Origin: Octopus sinensis
Taxonomy: Eukaryota
DNA length: 64,000 nt
Assembly: GCF_006345805.1 (NCBI RefSeq)
Contig: NC_043005.1
Coordinates: forward strand, 22,010,001-22,074,000
Direction of reading: 5' to 3'
Shown: one piece after another, positions 1-13,460 of the stretch
Numbering within the stretch: position 1 is the first letter of the stretch
How the letters are laid out: every line of letters begins with the position of its first letter
The notes under the pieces: model-generated
Seen by the model: only the letters and a program-made list of their open reading frames with translations
Database searches by the model: none
Told to the model about the DNA's origin: nothing
Translations under genes and position numbers: made by a program

Positions 1-617
1 CACAGTAATGGTTTCACCTGGATCCAAAAAGCTGTGTTGGATGAGACTGGCTGCAGACCACCAAACAGTCACCATGACCTTGTTTTGGTACAACTTTCAC
101 TTCAGGAAGTGCCGTGGAGCTTCGTCAGCCTCCTACCACTGGGCTGAGTGTTGCTGGTTGTTGTAAAGAATCCACTTTTCATTGCAAGTCACAATCCAGT
201 CAAGAAATGGGTCGTTCTTGTTACGTAAAATAAGGGAAGACGACACTTTTTTTTGGTTGTCATTCAATTCATGTGGCACCTATTTCTCAAGTATTTTTGT
301 TTTTCCAATCTCTTTCAAGTGGTTAGAAATTGCTGTATACATTACGTCTAGTTCAGAAGCAAGCTCTCGAACAGTTGTGCGTGGATTGGCTTCAACTAAA
401 GCTCTTAGTTGATCGTTGTCAACATCTGATGGCCAGTAACTATGCTTATCATCTTCAAGACTCTCGTCACTGCTACGAAATTTCTTGAACCACCATTGTG
501 CTGTACATTCATTAGTGGTTCCTGGGCCAAATGCATCATTGATATCACGAGCTGTTTCAGCAGCTTTTCGGCCTAGCTTGAACTGGAATAAGAAAATTGT
601 GTAAACTTTTTGTCCAT
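1..617 (-). mobile_element. Decayed Hsmar1/SETMAR-like mariner transposase (runs off the window edge)
   Basis: The reverse strand reads TIFLFQFKLGRKAAETARDINDAFGPGTTNECTAQWWFKK...DVDNDQLRALVEANPRTTVREL, the cecropia-type mariner N-terminus. Confidence 0.85.
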
Positions 618-864
618 GTTGTATTCAACGTTCCAGAAAAACTGGCCTAAATATTCAAACAGAAAAAGAGAAACTGGATTAGATAGAGCAGAAAACGGGC
701 TTTAAAATGATATATAAAGGCAAAGTAATTTAATGAAAATTAATTTAAAAATACATCATTTAAAACCAAAATTAAAAATTCTGCAAGAACTTTCTTTACA
801 ACCTACTACTATACCAACTTGCAGAATCAGTTACAAAAGGTTATAAAAACCAAACACCCAGGAA

Positions 865-2103
865 AATTGATAAGAGTGGTCTTGTTTCATCAGGTCGATG
901 CTCCAGCACACAAGTCCTTGGTTTCAATGGCTGCTGTCTAGCTGTGGCTTTGAACTTGTTGATCACCTTTGAACTGGTTGATCACCAACAAGGAAAACAT
1001 TGATTGTTTACCAAATGGTGATGGATGAGAGGTGATTGACTATAAAACAAATAGTCAATATTATTAGTATTTTCTGCGAGAGAATATTCTGCACAATAAA
1101 CATGGTATGACAAAAATTTCTGCTCGGTGGGTGCCACACCTGACACCTGATCAAAACCACACCAGGATGAACACATCACAGGAAAATCTGACATTGTTTG
1201 AGGCAGTCCAGCTGGTTTCCTTGAAGGTTTCCTAACCCAGTGTTATGACATGCACGTAAATATCTGGTGTAGGAATAGTATTACCCAATAAATATTTGGA
1301 TATGGTCATCTAATATAACTGATCACAGAAATATTATCTTTACACAGAACACACTCCGTATTACTCCAGCATAGTTACGATATTGAACTAACACAGTAAC
1401 CAATACAGATGATCAATGCTGTCAACTGCCACTGACAGTTCACATAGTTCTTTATTTATTCAAATCCGTTTAATCCACTCTCAGTCACATGGGAGTGAAT
1501 GAGTATTGGCTTCACTTTGGGGTCTGGGACAAAGAGATAATCCAGGCAGTGGAAACACCCCTCCTCACCTGCTCCAAAGAAGGACATGATTGTTTCATCT
1601 GCAGAGAAGGTGATGGCCTTAGTTTTTTGGGATATAAAATGCATTATATTTATTGACTATCTTCAAAAGGGCCACACAATGAATAATGAGTACTATGCCA
1701 ACTTGCTGAGTCAGCTACAAAAGGCAATCAAGACCAAATACACAGAGAGGGGTCTTGTTTCATCAGGACAATAATCCTGCACACAAGTCCTTGGTTTCAA
1801 TGACTGCTGTGTCTGGCGATGGCTTTGAACTGGTTGATCACCCTTCTGACTATCATCTATACCTCAACATGAAAAAACGCTTGGCTGAGAACCAGTATTG
1901 CAGTGATGATGATGTCATAACTGCTGTTGATAACTTTTTTGACTAACAGGATGAAAGTTTCTTCACTAATGGGATCCAAGCACTACAACACTGATATTAG
2001 AAGTTTGTGGACCACAAGGAGAACTGAGTTGAAAAAAAAAACTCAATTGGTTACATTCCATGTGAGTATTTTGGTCAACCTATAAACTTTTCAGCCAACC
2101 CTC
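865..2103 (+). mobile_element. Rearranged, decayed mariner element
   Basis: Fragments KISARWVPHL, KVMALVFWD, FHQDNxPAH and GFELVDHP. The right end ttttcagccaaccctcata resembles a mariner TIR. A C-terminal piece is duplicated at about 870-990 and there is an insert at about 1241-1497. Confidence 0.85.
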
Positions 2104-2216
2104 ATATTTGTTTTAAATTGTACATTTAAAACAATTTATGCATTGGTTGCTATATAATTTTTAGTTTGTGTGTGGGAATATAAAATGTATTTCTTGTTTT
2201 TTTTTCTTTTTTCTAG

Positions 2217-2450
2217 CCAAAGATGATGTTTTGGTACTTAAAAGCACTTCCATACCAGGGCATGATAGTTTTGAACGAGTGGATAATGTGAGCTTAAAGG
2301 AGTGTGATCATGCTTGTCATCAAAATCCAGGATGTAACTCTTATGAGTATAATGAAAAACTTAAGTTGTGTGATCAAAGTAATGTGACTCACTTGACTCA
2401 GGACCTTCTACCCAACACATGGGAATGGAATACTTACATCATTAACCCAG
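2217..2450 (+). CDS. Exon B1: PAN/apple-like domain, type B (4 Cys)
   Basis: ttctag|CC acceptor, CCAG|gtcagt donor, 234 nt. KDDVLVLKSTSIPGHD...LKECDHACHQNPGCNSYEYNEKLKLCDQS...WNTYIINP shows the PAN core C-x3-C-x5-C-x-S-Y-x-Y...C. Confidence 0.9.
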
Positions 2451-2740
2451 GTCAGTAGAGTGTTTTTATTTTTTTGCTTTATGTGTTTGCATATCTATGT
2501 GTTTGAATGTATTTACATATACCTACATGTGTGTCTATAATGTGTGTGTGTGTGTGTATGTGCGCACACCCATGTTCACTGTAGGAGGGTATCTCCCTTG
2601 TTAGTACAGAAGCTGTGCTTTGTTTGTGGCTAAAGAGTCTTTGACTCTTGTTTCTAACAATGTTGGTGCATCCTTAGTCACTTTTAGTGATGGTTGAACT
2701 TTTCCCTTTTGGTTTTAATTTGCATCTAGCCACCTTAATC

Positions 2741-2782
<42 letters not shown>

Positions 2783-3290
2783 AGAAGAAAAGTTATCAGA
2801 ATTTTGGAACAACTCCTTTTATTTCTTCATTATTATTAGCGCTTTTGTTCCTCTCTAGAACTTGTCAAATACAATTTTGTGAATGTACAAACAGCTTGTT
2901 CATTTATATTAAACAGATGTTTTTTAGGGATTTTGTTTAGAAGAGAACATTGTTTTTGTTTTTTTGGGTGAGGTTCTGAGACAAAGCACAGTGCCAGTGG
3001 AATGTGAAAAGCACATCCAAGTGTGATCATTGCCAGGACCATGGATTGACTCCCATGCTGATGGCACATAAAAAGCACCATTCAAACGTGATCGTTGTCA
3101 GTGCCACCTTACCAGCACATGTGCCAGTGGCACGTGAAAAACAACATTCGAGTGTGGTTGATACCAGCGCCGTTGGACTGGCTCTTGTGCAGATTTGATT
3201 CACTTTGTATCTTTTATTATATCATTGTCGTTATCTCTTTACTCTCATCCTCTTCCTAACATTGATATCAATTTATTTCATCAATTTCAG

Positions 3291-3461
3291 TTAACTCAAA
3301 AATCAACTGTGGACCACCAAAAGACATTGTTGGTGCTGAGAAGGACTACAAATCTACTGACTATAAATCTGAAGTGACCTATAGTTGCCCAGCGGATGAA
3401 ACAATTAAGTCTATATGTGAAAAGAACAACAAATGGACTCCAGTACCACCTATTTGTAAAG
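3291..3461 (+). CDS. Exon S1: compact Sushi/CCP domain
   Basis: tttcag|TT, AAAG|gtaaca, 171 nt. NSKINCGPPKDIVGAEKDYKSTDYKSEVTYSCPADETIKSICEKNNKWTPVPPICK has 4 Cys, CGPP, VTYxC and W-x5-C. Not recovered in this frame by the ORF track. Confidence 0.9.
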
Positions 3462-4557
3462 GTAACATAAATAGATTCTCTCTTGTATTTGTCTGTGATT
3501 TTTTTTTATTTTTGTACTAAATATCTTTGTCAGCAGAGGACTGGTGAACTCTGTGGCAATTTCTACAGTGATTGTGACTGGTGGAAGCTATCCTCAGACT
3601 AGAGACCTCCCTAAATGCTCATAACAGAGTGCATTCCATTAATTCTTCCCAAGGGCAAGGTAATGCGCTTTAATCAAGTGATGGATTAAGTATGCTGATC
3701 AAGAACTGGAAATTTGAATGATTGTTTCCTGTAGGCTTCCACATTGACCTTTCTCTCCAATACTCTTTGTCATCATCCAAAACTCTGTACAGTATAATGC
3801 TCTGAATGCTTCTTTACTAAAACTCTGAAACGGATTTCTGATGCTCTTGCTATCTTCCACTCCACCACCCTTAGTTATGATAATCCTAATAATAATGGTT
3901 TCTGATTTAGACACAAAACACAATTTTCAATAGATGTTTTGTCAATACCACAATCCCAACAATTTGAGTGGTATATTATTTTATCATTTCCCTGCAAGTG
4001 AAGTTGACCTCGGCTTGATTTCACCTAAAAAGCAAAACATTACAAAATTAATAAATTGATGGGTTATAGTTGTTGCTATAATTAATTATATTTAGTTACA
4101 TCCTTTTACATCATCGCTTCAAATCCCAACAATACGTACTTCACCTTCCATACATCTGAGATTGATAAAACAAGGTCTATTCAAGTATAGCAGTTGATTT
4201 ATTTTCAGATTTCATCACTGCAGAATTTGCGGTCTTGTATTTATGCTATAAACTTAATAATATCAGTCGCTTCAATAATTATGATTATTCTTGTTCTTAA
4301 GGGTGATGGATTGACAGAATCAACAGAGCATCAGACAAAATGTGTTGTGTTATTTGTTCTGGCTCTTTCACTTCTTAATTCAAATCCTGTAGATGTTAAC
4401 TTTGCCTTTCCAGGGCCACCAAAATAAAATATCACTCAAGGGTAGAGGTCAGTTTAATTGACAAACTTCTACCTCACAGATTTTAGCTTCTTTCTATATT
4501 AGAAATTATAATTGTTTTTGTTGTATTTCATTGGTTTAACTTTATCTTTATATCCAG

Positions 4558-4794
4558 ATACTAAGAATCAATTTGTAAAAGTAAAAGATGCCTCTCTTGA
4601 TGTACCGGAGAAAAAATTGTTGAGAAGTAACAAAATGACAGCAGAAACCTGTATAGTAAACTGTTTGCCTGATAAAAATTGTTTATCATTTGAAATAACA
4701 AAAAGTGGAAAATGTTACTTATCAAAGAAAACTGCAGCTACCTCCAAGAAATTAAAGGCAGCCCCAGACAGTGATTACTACCAACGAATACAAC
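4558..4794 (+). CDS. Exon A1: PAN/apple-like domain, type A
   Basis: tccag|AT, CAAC|gtaatt, 237 nt. TKNQFVKVKDASLD...TCIVNCLPDKNCLSFEITKSGKCYLSKKTAATSKKLKAAPDSDYYQRIQ. Confidence 0.9.
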
Positions 4795-6159
4795 GTAATT
4801 ATTCTTTGCATTTTATTACTGGAATTCTCTTTTCCATTATTTCTGAAATTTGCAATTCCATTTGTATTTCATAATATATAGACAACTATTTCTGTAAAGA
4901 CATTGACAGAGTTACCATTCAAAGCCACACATTGGTGGTGGTGACGGTGGTGGCAGCAGTGGTGGTGGAGAAGCAGCAGCTGTAGAAGCAGTTGTAACAA
5001 TAGTTTTCTCTTCATTTGTCTATGGCTTAGGCAGTACTGTTACAGCACAATGTCTTGCCTCTGTTTGTCCTACATAATCGGATATACAAAATAACAAAAC
5101 AAGTAATACCAGTTTACGTAATTGTGTATTTCCTATATTTTGTCTTCGTTAATATAGCAAGATGCCCTTCCTCTCACCAACCATTATACCACATGAAGAG
5201 AGTACATTTTCAAATACTTCTAGAATCAGAGAAGTTGTCTCCTGAGACAAAAGAAACTTTTCTGCCTAGAATAAGTTTCTCTTTAGAATAGTTCCATAAC
5301 AGTAAAAACATAACAGCCTGAAAATTCACTCAGTTTGATCTTCTGGGTCTAAAAGAAAGGCAAACCATTTCCCTGTATCTCAACAAGGAACTTTAACTGG
5401 AATGAATAGTACATACATACATACATGTGTGTGTGTGTGTGTGTATACTTATATATATATATAGAGAGAGAGAGAGAGTACTAAGATATTTGAGGACTGA
5501 TTTATGTTTATAAAAAAAAACAGATATATAATAACAGATAATAACTTTATTTATCAAAATATGCTATGAGGATAAAAATAAACCTTCTTTTCTATAATGT
5601 TATTCAATAAAGCTACCTTCAGCTTCAACAACTGCTTCTATATGAGATCAAAATCATCTACATGCTCAAATCAAGTGGTCCTGGTTCATTTTGGACATTA
5701 CTCTGACTATGGCAGCTTTCAAAGAATTTTTGGTATTACGTGCATTTTCATTGCCCTCTCTCTCTCAACAATATAATAGTCCAATGGATTGAGATCTGGA
5801 GAATTAGGAGGCCAAATGTTAGGGGTTATGGGATCATGAAAATTTTCAGCCATCCATTACTGTGTTACTAGAGCCATGTGTGATAGTGCAGAGTCTTACT
5901 GAAACACATATGGTCTTCCATTGCATACACTGACTATCCAGGGCTTAACAAAGAGTATCAATCTTTCAAAATTATACCATTAAAGAAGAGATGTACAAAT
6001 GTATTGTCTGCAGTCTAAGTAATGAGACAAGGTTTCAAATAAGTCTGAAGATGTTCTGCAACTCACATGAATTCTGATTAAGGTGTCATTTTGTGGATGA
6101 ATTTTTTGCATATAACAAATAAGTCATTTACTAAATTAAACACCACATGCTTTATAATG

Positions 6160-6196
<37 letters not shown>

Positions 6197-6207
6197 TGCG
6201 TGCGTGT

Positions 6208-6249
<42 letters not shown>

Positions 6250-6304
6250 ATTTATGTGTGAGTGTGTCTATGTAAAATATACTTCTTGTTTTCTTTTTTT
6301 CCAG

Positions 6305-6538
6305 CCAATGAAAAGCAAATTATGCTCAGAGATGTTAGCATACCAGGGACGAATATTTTAGGACTACATAAGAAAATGGACTTAAAGAAGTGTAATGAAA
6401 GTTGCCAGCAAAATCCAGAATGTCACTCTTATCAGTACAATGAGAAAGATAAGATCTGTAAGTTGAGAAAGGCAACTCATTTGACACATGAACTTAAAAT
6501 CAGCAAGGGAATTTGGGATACTTACTTCCTTAATACAG
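6305..6538 (+). CDS. Exon B2: PAN domain, type B
   Basis: ccag|CC, ACAG|gttagt, 234 nt. ...LKKCNESCQQNPECHSYQYNEKDKICKL...WDTYFLNT. Confidence 0.9.
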
Positions 6539-6729
6539 GTTAGTAGAGTGTTTCCGTCTTATTTACTGTGTATATTGCCTTGTCTATATATAGGTACATG
6601 TGTGTGTGTGTGGCACACCTTTATATTGAAAAGCATTGGCTATGATAAATCATATTACAGTACTTTAAAATTCCTGCTGTGTTGTGCATAAAATAGTGCA
6701 TAAAATATATATTATTTGTTTGTGTGTGT

Positions 6730-7850
6730 GACAGTAGACTGCTTGAGAAGACCCATCCATTGCAGCAAAAATTATGTTCTAAATGTCTTTCATTTACACT
6801 GTACAAGGCAAGCACTGCCCCTGCACTCACGCTGCCTCATCAAGAATTCTCCACATCTCATTATACTAATGCCTCCTATCCAACAACCATTACTCCTCTA
6901 CTTATGGCACTACTCAGATCTCGTAATGACTTGAGAGCAGAACTGGCACATATTACTTTTCCCGTCCATTATTTGTACTAACAGTTACCTCCACTACACC
7001 TACAGGAATCACTTCAAACTCTCATTCTTGTTATCTTTTCTTCCCTTCCTGCACTATTTTCATCAATCACCTTCTTTCTGTGATTTCATTTATCCCTCAC
7101 TCTCTTCTGCCATACTCCATCTTAATAGCTCACATATCTGCTATCATTTTCAAAGCCCTCTCACATTCACAATTAAATCCTAGTCATAACAGCTTCCCTT
7201 GTATGCCTCTTCATATCTCTCGAAATTTGCCTTCTGACATATTCTCCTTGTCTCTCTTATCTCTCCATACTGGTATTTCCCATTTCCAACTCTTTTCATC
7301 ACCCACTAAATTCATCTACTCCCACCTCTAACCATCTGTTACTCTCCTCTCATATTCTTACGAAACTACACAACCAAACCATCCAACCCATGCCATCATA
7401 GACAATGAACATCAAATCCACCCTTTCCTTCCTCTCACAGCACTGATCTACTTAACATATCCTCTCCTAAGCTCAACTTCTGGCACATTCAGAATTTGTT
7501 CCAGCACCTCATCACTACCACAGAGGCAATGACCAAGACCATTGGCATTATGTCATGCTTGAGAAGAAGACCTGCATCATGTGCGCAATATGCAAAATTA
7601 AAAATGGACTAGATGTTCACCAGGCTGGATGTCATTTTCCTCAGCTCCCGACATTTTCTTCTACTATTTTCTTCTCTTCAAATTATTCTATTTCCTTGAA
7701 AATATTTCTCCCAGACATTACCCATTACAATTCGTCTTGGCCTAACGGCCCTTAATGTTTGTCTTCATCGATTGTTTACTCTGTATGTCCACTCTGTCAT
7801 TGTTTCTTCATTCGAAGCTCTAACTCTCCATAAATTTTATATTGACTTAC
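6730..7850 (-). mobile_element. Degraded RTE-like LINE remnant
   Basis: C/T-rich + strand tract with the same composition and style as the LINE at 34441-37760. No intact ORF. Confidence 0.45.
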
Positions 7851-8012
7851 TTGATAACCCTGCTGGTGCTGGTGTCATGTAAAAAGCATCCAGTCCTTTT
7901 TCAAGTTGATTCACTCATTGTCTTTTATTGTAACATTATCATTATCACTTCATTCTCACCTTCCTCCTAATATGCACTCACCATTGATACCATTTTCTTT
8001 TATCAATTCCAG

Positions 8013-8183
8013 ATTACACAGATATTAACTGTGGACCTCCAAATGATGTTACTGGTTCAGTGAAGTCCTACAATTCCACCACCTATAAATCTGAAGTGAC
8101 CTATACTTGCCCAGAAGGAGAAAAATTGAAGTCAGTATGTGAAAAGGACAACAAATGGACTCCAGTAGCTTCTGTTTGTAAAG
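8013..8183 (+). CDS. Exon S2: Sushi/CCP domain
   Basis: ttccag|AT, AAAG|gtaaca, 171 nt. YTDINCGPPNDVTGSVKSYNSTTYKSEVTYTCPEGEKLKSVCEKDNKWTPVASVCK. Confidence 0.9.
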
Positions 8184-8256
8184 GTAACATAAATAGTTTC
8201 TCTCTTGTTGTCTCTGTCTTTCAAGTTTGATTAATTTTTGTGTTGAATGTCTTTGT

Positions 8257-8870
8257 TGAGGAAGAATAATAGATTCCATGACAATTTCCATAGCTTGCAT
8301 TGGATGCATCTTATGAAATTTCTCCTGACACCTTTTCTATGTACCAAGCAGGGCAATCTCCCTGAAGAGATCTGCAATTTGTCTGTCTTCCTACTTATCA
8401 ATACTTTGTTCTTTACTAAATTAACTCTATGGCCCTTTGATTGCAGACCTTGTTTCCATACTAGAAATTTTTTCTCTAGTTCTGGTAATGATTTGGCAAT
8501 AAGAACATGATCATCAGCATAGAGGTACTCCCTAGAGCAGCTAATCTTAAATTCCTCAGTTATAGCTTGGATGACCATGATAAATAAGGAGCCAAGAACT
8601 GAACTCTGATAGACTCCTACTTGTACACTGAACTCCTTGCTGTTCTCATTGGTGACTCTCACCTTACTAGCAACATTCCTGAACATGGTTTGGATAACTC
8701 TCACTAACCCCTCATCTATCCCTAGCTTCAGCATTGCCCACTAGATAAGGGAGTGGGGGACCCTGTCAAAGACTTTCTCCACATCAACAAAAGCCAAATA
8801 CTGTGGTTTATTTTGGGCCAAGTATTTCTCCTACTGCTGCACAAATCAAAACTGCATCTCATTTACATTA
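8257..8870 (-). mobile_element. LINE reverse-transcriptase fragment (RTE-like)
   Basis: ORF 8231-8734(-): VGVYQSSVLGSLFIMVIQAI...LYADD...KGHRVNLVKNKVL, RT domains 4-6. Confidence 0.85.
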
Positions 8871-8973
8871 ACTCACTTATATACATAATATATATATACT
8901 GCCACAACCACCTGACGGGCAGGTGATAATGTTGAACCAGGCAACAGATTATATCATACACATATATATATCC

Positions 8974-9006
<33 letters not shown>

Positions 9007-9012
9007 TATATA

Positions 9013-9063
<51 letters not shown>

Positions 9064-9079
9064 CATTGATGCTTTGTTA

Positions 9080-9119
<40 letters not shown>

Positions 9120-10126
9120 GGGGAATTCACGAAAAAAACAATAAAAGATGAAGACAGGTGGTGTAGGTGGCAAAGGGTGACTAGGAAACTAGGGCATGCA
9201 GTCCACCCTACTGAGGTGGGGGGAATTTCCAAATGAGTGTTCCTCCATCCCCCATTTTCCATGAAAAGTGTAGTTTTATATATGCTTTGAAAATGAAAAT
9301 GAAAGCAGTTTCTCCCCTATGATGCACAGTTTTGAAGTAGTTAGTAAAACATGAGAAACGTACATATAACTTTGTAAATTACATTTCAACAATTTCATCC
9401 AGTTGGGGTTATTCAAGCCATCAACATTGAGGAAAAAGTTGGAATTCTTTTTAAAGTTTGGAAGAAAATTTGACATTCACAAGCTCTTGAAGCTGATTGA
9501 GAGAGTACTAAATTAAGAAAATGTGTATAACAATGTACAACTTCTGTCAGTAATGCAGCTTTCCTTTCTTTACTGACACAAGCAAAGTTTATTGTCCAAT
9601 GAATGAGAGGTATTCATAAGTGGGCTGGTTACACCCACTGGCATAGGCTATGGGCCATGGTCTCACTTAGCTTGTTGGGTCTTCTCAAGCATAGCATATC
9701 TCCAAAGATCTCAGTCACTAGTCATTGCCTCGGTAAGGCCCAATGTTCAAAGGTCGTGCTTCACCACTTCATCCCAGGTTTTATTGGGTCTGCCTCTTCC
9801 ACAGGTTCCCTTAACTGCTACAGTGTGACACTTTTTCACACAGCTGTCTTCATTCATTCACATATATTTGTGTATGTGTATCTTTAAGTTTATATTTCTA
9901 CAAACATGTAGATACATGCACACAAATATGTATATACACACATATATAAATATGTATATGTAAATATACATATATGTATATGTTTATATATATTTATGTC
10001 TAAGTGCAGATTTCTTCAGTTTGTTTCACTAAGTATTTTTTTATTCTAAATTTGTCGTTATCTTCTCATTCTTATCCTCCTCCTGACATATATTCATAAT
10101 CAAAATCAATTTGTTTTCAACTCCAG

Positions 10127-10297
10127 CTTATGCAAACATTAACTGTGGAAATCCAAAAGATGTTGTTAATGCATTGAAGTCCTACGAAACTACCACCTAT
10201 AAATCTGAAGTGACCTATACTTGCCCAAAGGGAGAAAAACTGAAGTCAACATGTGAAAAGGACAGCAAATGGACTCCAGTAGCTTCTGCTTGTAAAG
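10127..10297 (+). CDS. Exon S3: Sushi/CCP domain (tandem duplicate of S2)
   Basis: ctccag|CT, AAAG|gtaatg, 171 nt. YANINCGNPKDVVNALKSYETTTYKSEVTYTCPKGEKLKSTCEKDSKWTPVASACK. Confidence 0.9.
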
Positions 10298-11059
10298 GTA
10301 ATGCAAATAGTTTCTTTCTTGTCTCTAAGTACTTTTGTTTAATTTTTGTGTTAAATGTATTTGTCAAAGAAAAATGGCTGACTCCATGACAATTTTTCTA
10401 CAGCATTTGTGGCTGGTGGGAGGGAGAGAGGAAGCTATCCTCAGACCAGAGACCTCCTCAAATGCTTGCAACAGAGGAGACTCCATTAATAATGGAATTA
10501 AACTGGGTGATGGATTAAGTCTACTGACCAGTTTTTTTGCTTCCAGCAGGCTTCCACATAGCTTCCTTCTACCCAATTTCATTCACTTGGTTTAGTTGTG
10601 AAGCAAATAAATTTGTAACCACACTAACAAAACTCCACTCAATACCATATTTTTGTTAAGTAAACTTATTACTGCCATAGCAGATACATTTTCTCTTAAT
10701 TTCTAACTTGACCTTTCCCACCCATACTTTATGTTAATATCCAAACTCTGTACAATATAATGCATTGCATCTTTCTTAGCTAAAACTTACCAATCCCCCT
10801 AAACAGATTTCTCTTCCTCATGTTCTCTTCCAATGCACCACCCTTAATTATAATGATTTCTAATTTAGGCACAAAGCAAAAAGGTTTTGATGGGAGGTGT
10901 TTAGTCAGCACAATCAACTTACAATTTGACTAGTACGTTGTGTTTTCTAACCCCACAAGTATGAAAGTAAAGTTGACCTTGGTTTCATTTCAACTGATAA
11001 ACAAAAGAGCTTGAGCATATAAGAGCATTAATTATTATACATTGAAAATAAAAATGAGG

Positions 11060-12400
11060 CTGATAATGCATCCTCTTGAATACAGAAGTTATCTCTGTCT
11101 AGAACCTGTTAAAGAAACCTGCTATTGAACATTATCCTGAACCCCGATCAATTGCTCTCTTGTATTTTAACCTACTGATTTGTGTACAGTGGTCTCCATC
11201 CACTCTTGCCATTTTTGCTACTTTCACCTCACTTTCAATAATTTCTCTTAAGGACAGAACCTTCCTCTCCATGCTCATCCTCTTTACAAGTAAAACTTTA
11301 AAAATGTTGTTGAAGGTATTTGCCAAAATGGAAAGTGAATGTCATTCAACCTTTCAACCTCATCCACTATACAACTTCTTTTGCTATAGCTACCAGACAA
11401 AGGAAAACTTCCCTCTTTTTCCAGTTAAAGGAGGGTGTGAGGCAATTATTCCACACACTACAGTAGCTTTTTTAGACAGAACTTCACAACTGAGCAATGT
11501 CTGGACATTGAATGAGCACGTAAAATGATTATTTTTCACTGCTTTCATCTCATGGTACTCCCACAACTGTAGATTTTATCTTGGACAAATAGAGCCCTTT
11601 GGTAGCACTACCAAACCAAGGACTTTAGAAAATTGTCTTAAATATTCCCTGAACAAGAAATCTTCCAAAGCAAATTTAGCAGTTCACTTTTGTCAATGAT
11701 CAGAGCAACCCAGAAAATATCAGTGCTCTATCCCACCACTAACCCTCAAAATATTGCTAGAGTGGAACATCTGCTAATCCTATTTCCTGGGTCAGATTCC
11801 ATCCAGCAAATTATATATTCTAAAATCCTTTGGATTACATTAATAATGTGAAAAGGCATCTTTAAAGATGGCTGGGAGTGACTGAAGGAGATTTTGTTAA
11901 TAATTTTAAAATGCTGGGTGTCTTCACAAGGGACTTCCACAGTGGTTGGTCCAAAATAATTGAACTTACATTTGCGATTTAATCTGTTGCCTGGTTCAAC
12001 ATCATCACCTGCCCTTCAGGTGGTTGTGGCAGTGGTGATCAATAATATGTAATCCAATGTTGATATATTTACTACAATAACAAGAATTCACATTGACCCA
12101 TAGTTGCTCATGCTGGGCATGAACAACATGAATCACACAATTGTAGAAAAGAGGGTTGACTGAGAATTTCATGACATCGCTGTTTCTGCCATGACAAACT
12201 TCTTAAAAGATATAAATACCGTCTCATTGTACTCAGTTATGTATTCGTAGTTTAGAAACAAGGCCAAATATAATTAGAAAAAGCAATGAGACTGACTGTG
12301 TGATATTCATGTCTTTCTGAAGGAGCAATAACTGTCTATGTACAGTAAACTGACTTAGACTAAGAATCAAACTCAGATCATTGACTCATACCACTCAATC
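11060..12400 (-). mobile_element. Old Tx1/L1-clade LINE 3' remnant (copy 1)
   Basis: Colinear with 22620-23960 along its length. That copy encodes an L1/Tx1-type zinc-knuckle region. Confidence 0.55.
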
Positions 12401-13073
12401 CATATAGATTCAAAAAAAAAAAAACTAAGTGACAATACTCAGGGTTACTTTCTGCATCAAAAAGAAATAGTAAAGTGGCTGGTTATTGAACCAAAATATT
12501 AGATTAATTAAAATTTTACTCTCAGTTGATGATGAAATCATTATGTTAGTGATTTATTTTGCTCATAAAATTCAAAAGAGACTTCCTCATAAAGATAATC
12601 CCTCTTTATTTAGTCTCACTTAATGTATAATTTTGATGAATTAAAATCCCATCTGGCAATATTCACCTTTCATAATTCTGAGGTTGATAAAACTAGGTTT
12701 CATTTACTTTCATGTATCCTCACTGTAAAATATGTGGCCTTGTGTTTAAGTTAGGAATTGTTATCATTAATACTGTTGCTGTCAACAATAATTACAATTA
12801 TTCTTATTGTTAAGGGTGATGTATTGAGAGAATCAACAGAGCATCAGACAAAATGTGTTCAGCTATTTGCTCTGCCTCTTTAACTTCTTACTTCAAATTC
12901 TGCTGATGTCAACTGTGCACTCTCAGGGATAATAAAATACAATCCCAATCAAGTGTAGTGGCTGATTTAATCAACCAACTTCTACGTCAAAATTTTGGCT
13001 TTTGTTTGTTAGAAAATATTATTCTTATTGTTGTTGTTAATTTTCATTAGTTTCAGTTTTATTTTTTCTCTAG

Positions 13074-13313
13074 ATATTGAAATCCATTTTATGAAAATAA
13101 AAAATGCGGTTCTGGATGAAGTTGGAAAAATAATATTGAGTGGTAAAAATATGACAAAAGATGACTGTGCAGAAAGATGTTTGTCTCACAAAAGTTGTTT
13201 ATCATTTGAAATAACTAAAAAAGGTGGAAAATGTTACATATCAAAGCAAACTGCAGCTTCTTCCAAGAAAATTAAGATAGCCGAAGACAGAGATTACTAC
13301 CAACGAGTAAAAT
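13074..13313 (+). CDS. Exon A2: PAN domain, type A
   Basis: ctctag|AT, AAAT|gtaatc, 240 nt. IEIHFMKIKNAVLD...DCAERCLSHKSCLSFEITKKGGKCYISKQTAASSKKIKIAEDRDYYQRVK. Confidence 0.9.
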
Positions 13314-13411
13314 GTAATCATTCTTTGTTTTTATAGGAATTTTCTTTTTGTCTTTTTCTGAAATTTCTGATTTCATTTGTACATCATAGTATATAGAAAC
13401 CATTTCTGTAA

Positions 13412-13460
13412 AGGAATATGGCTATGTCTGTCCTCATAGGACAGACATAGCCATATTCCT
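13412..13460. repeat. Perfect 23-bp hairpin with a 3-nt loop
   Basis: aggaatatggctatgtctgtcct-cat-aggacagacatagccatattcct. Confidence 0.95.

Noticed and set aside
1241-1497. TGT...ACA-bounded insert in the mariner as a solo LTR
   Set aside because: No target-site duplication, the 3' boundary is ambiguous, and there is no second copy in the window.
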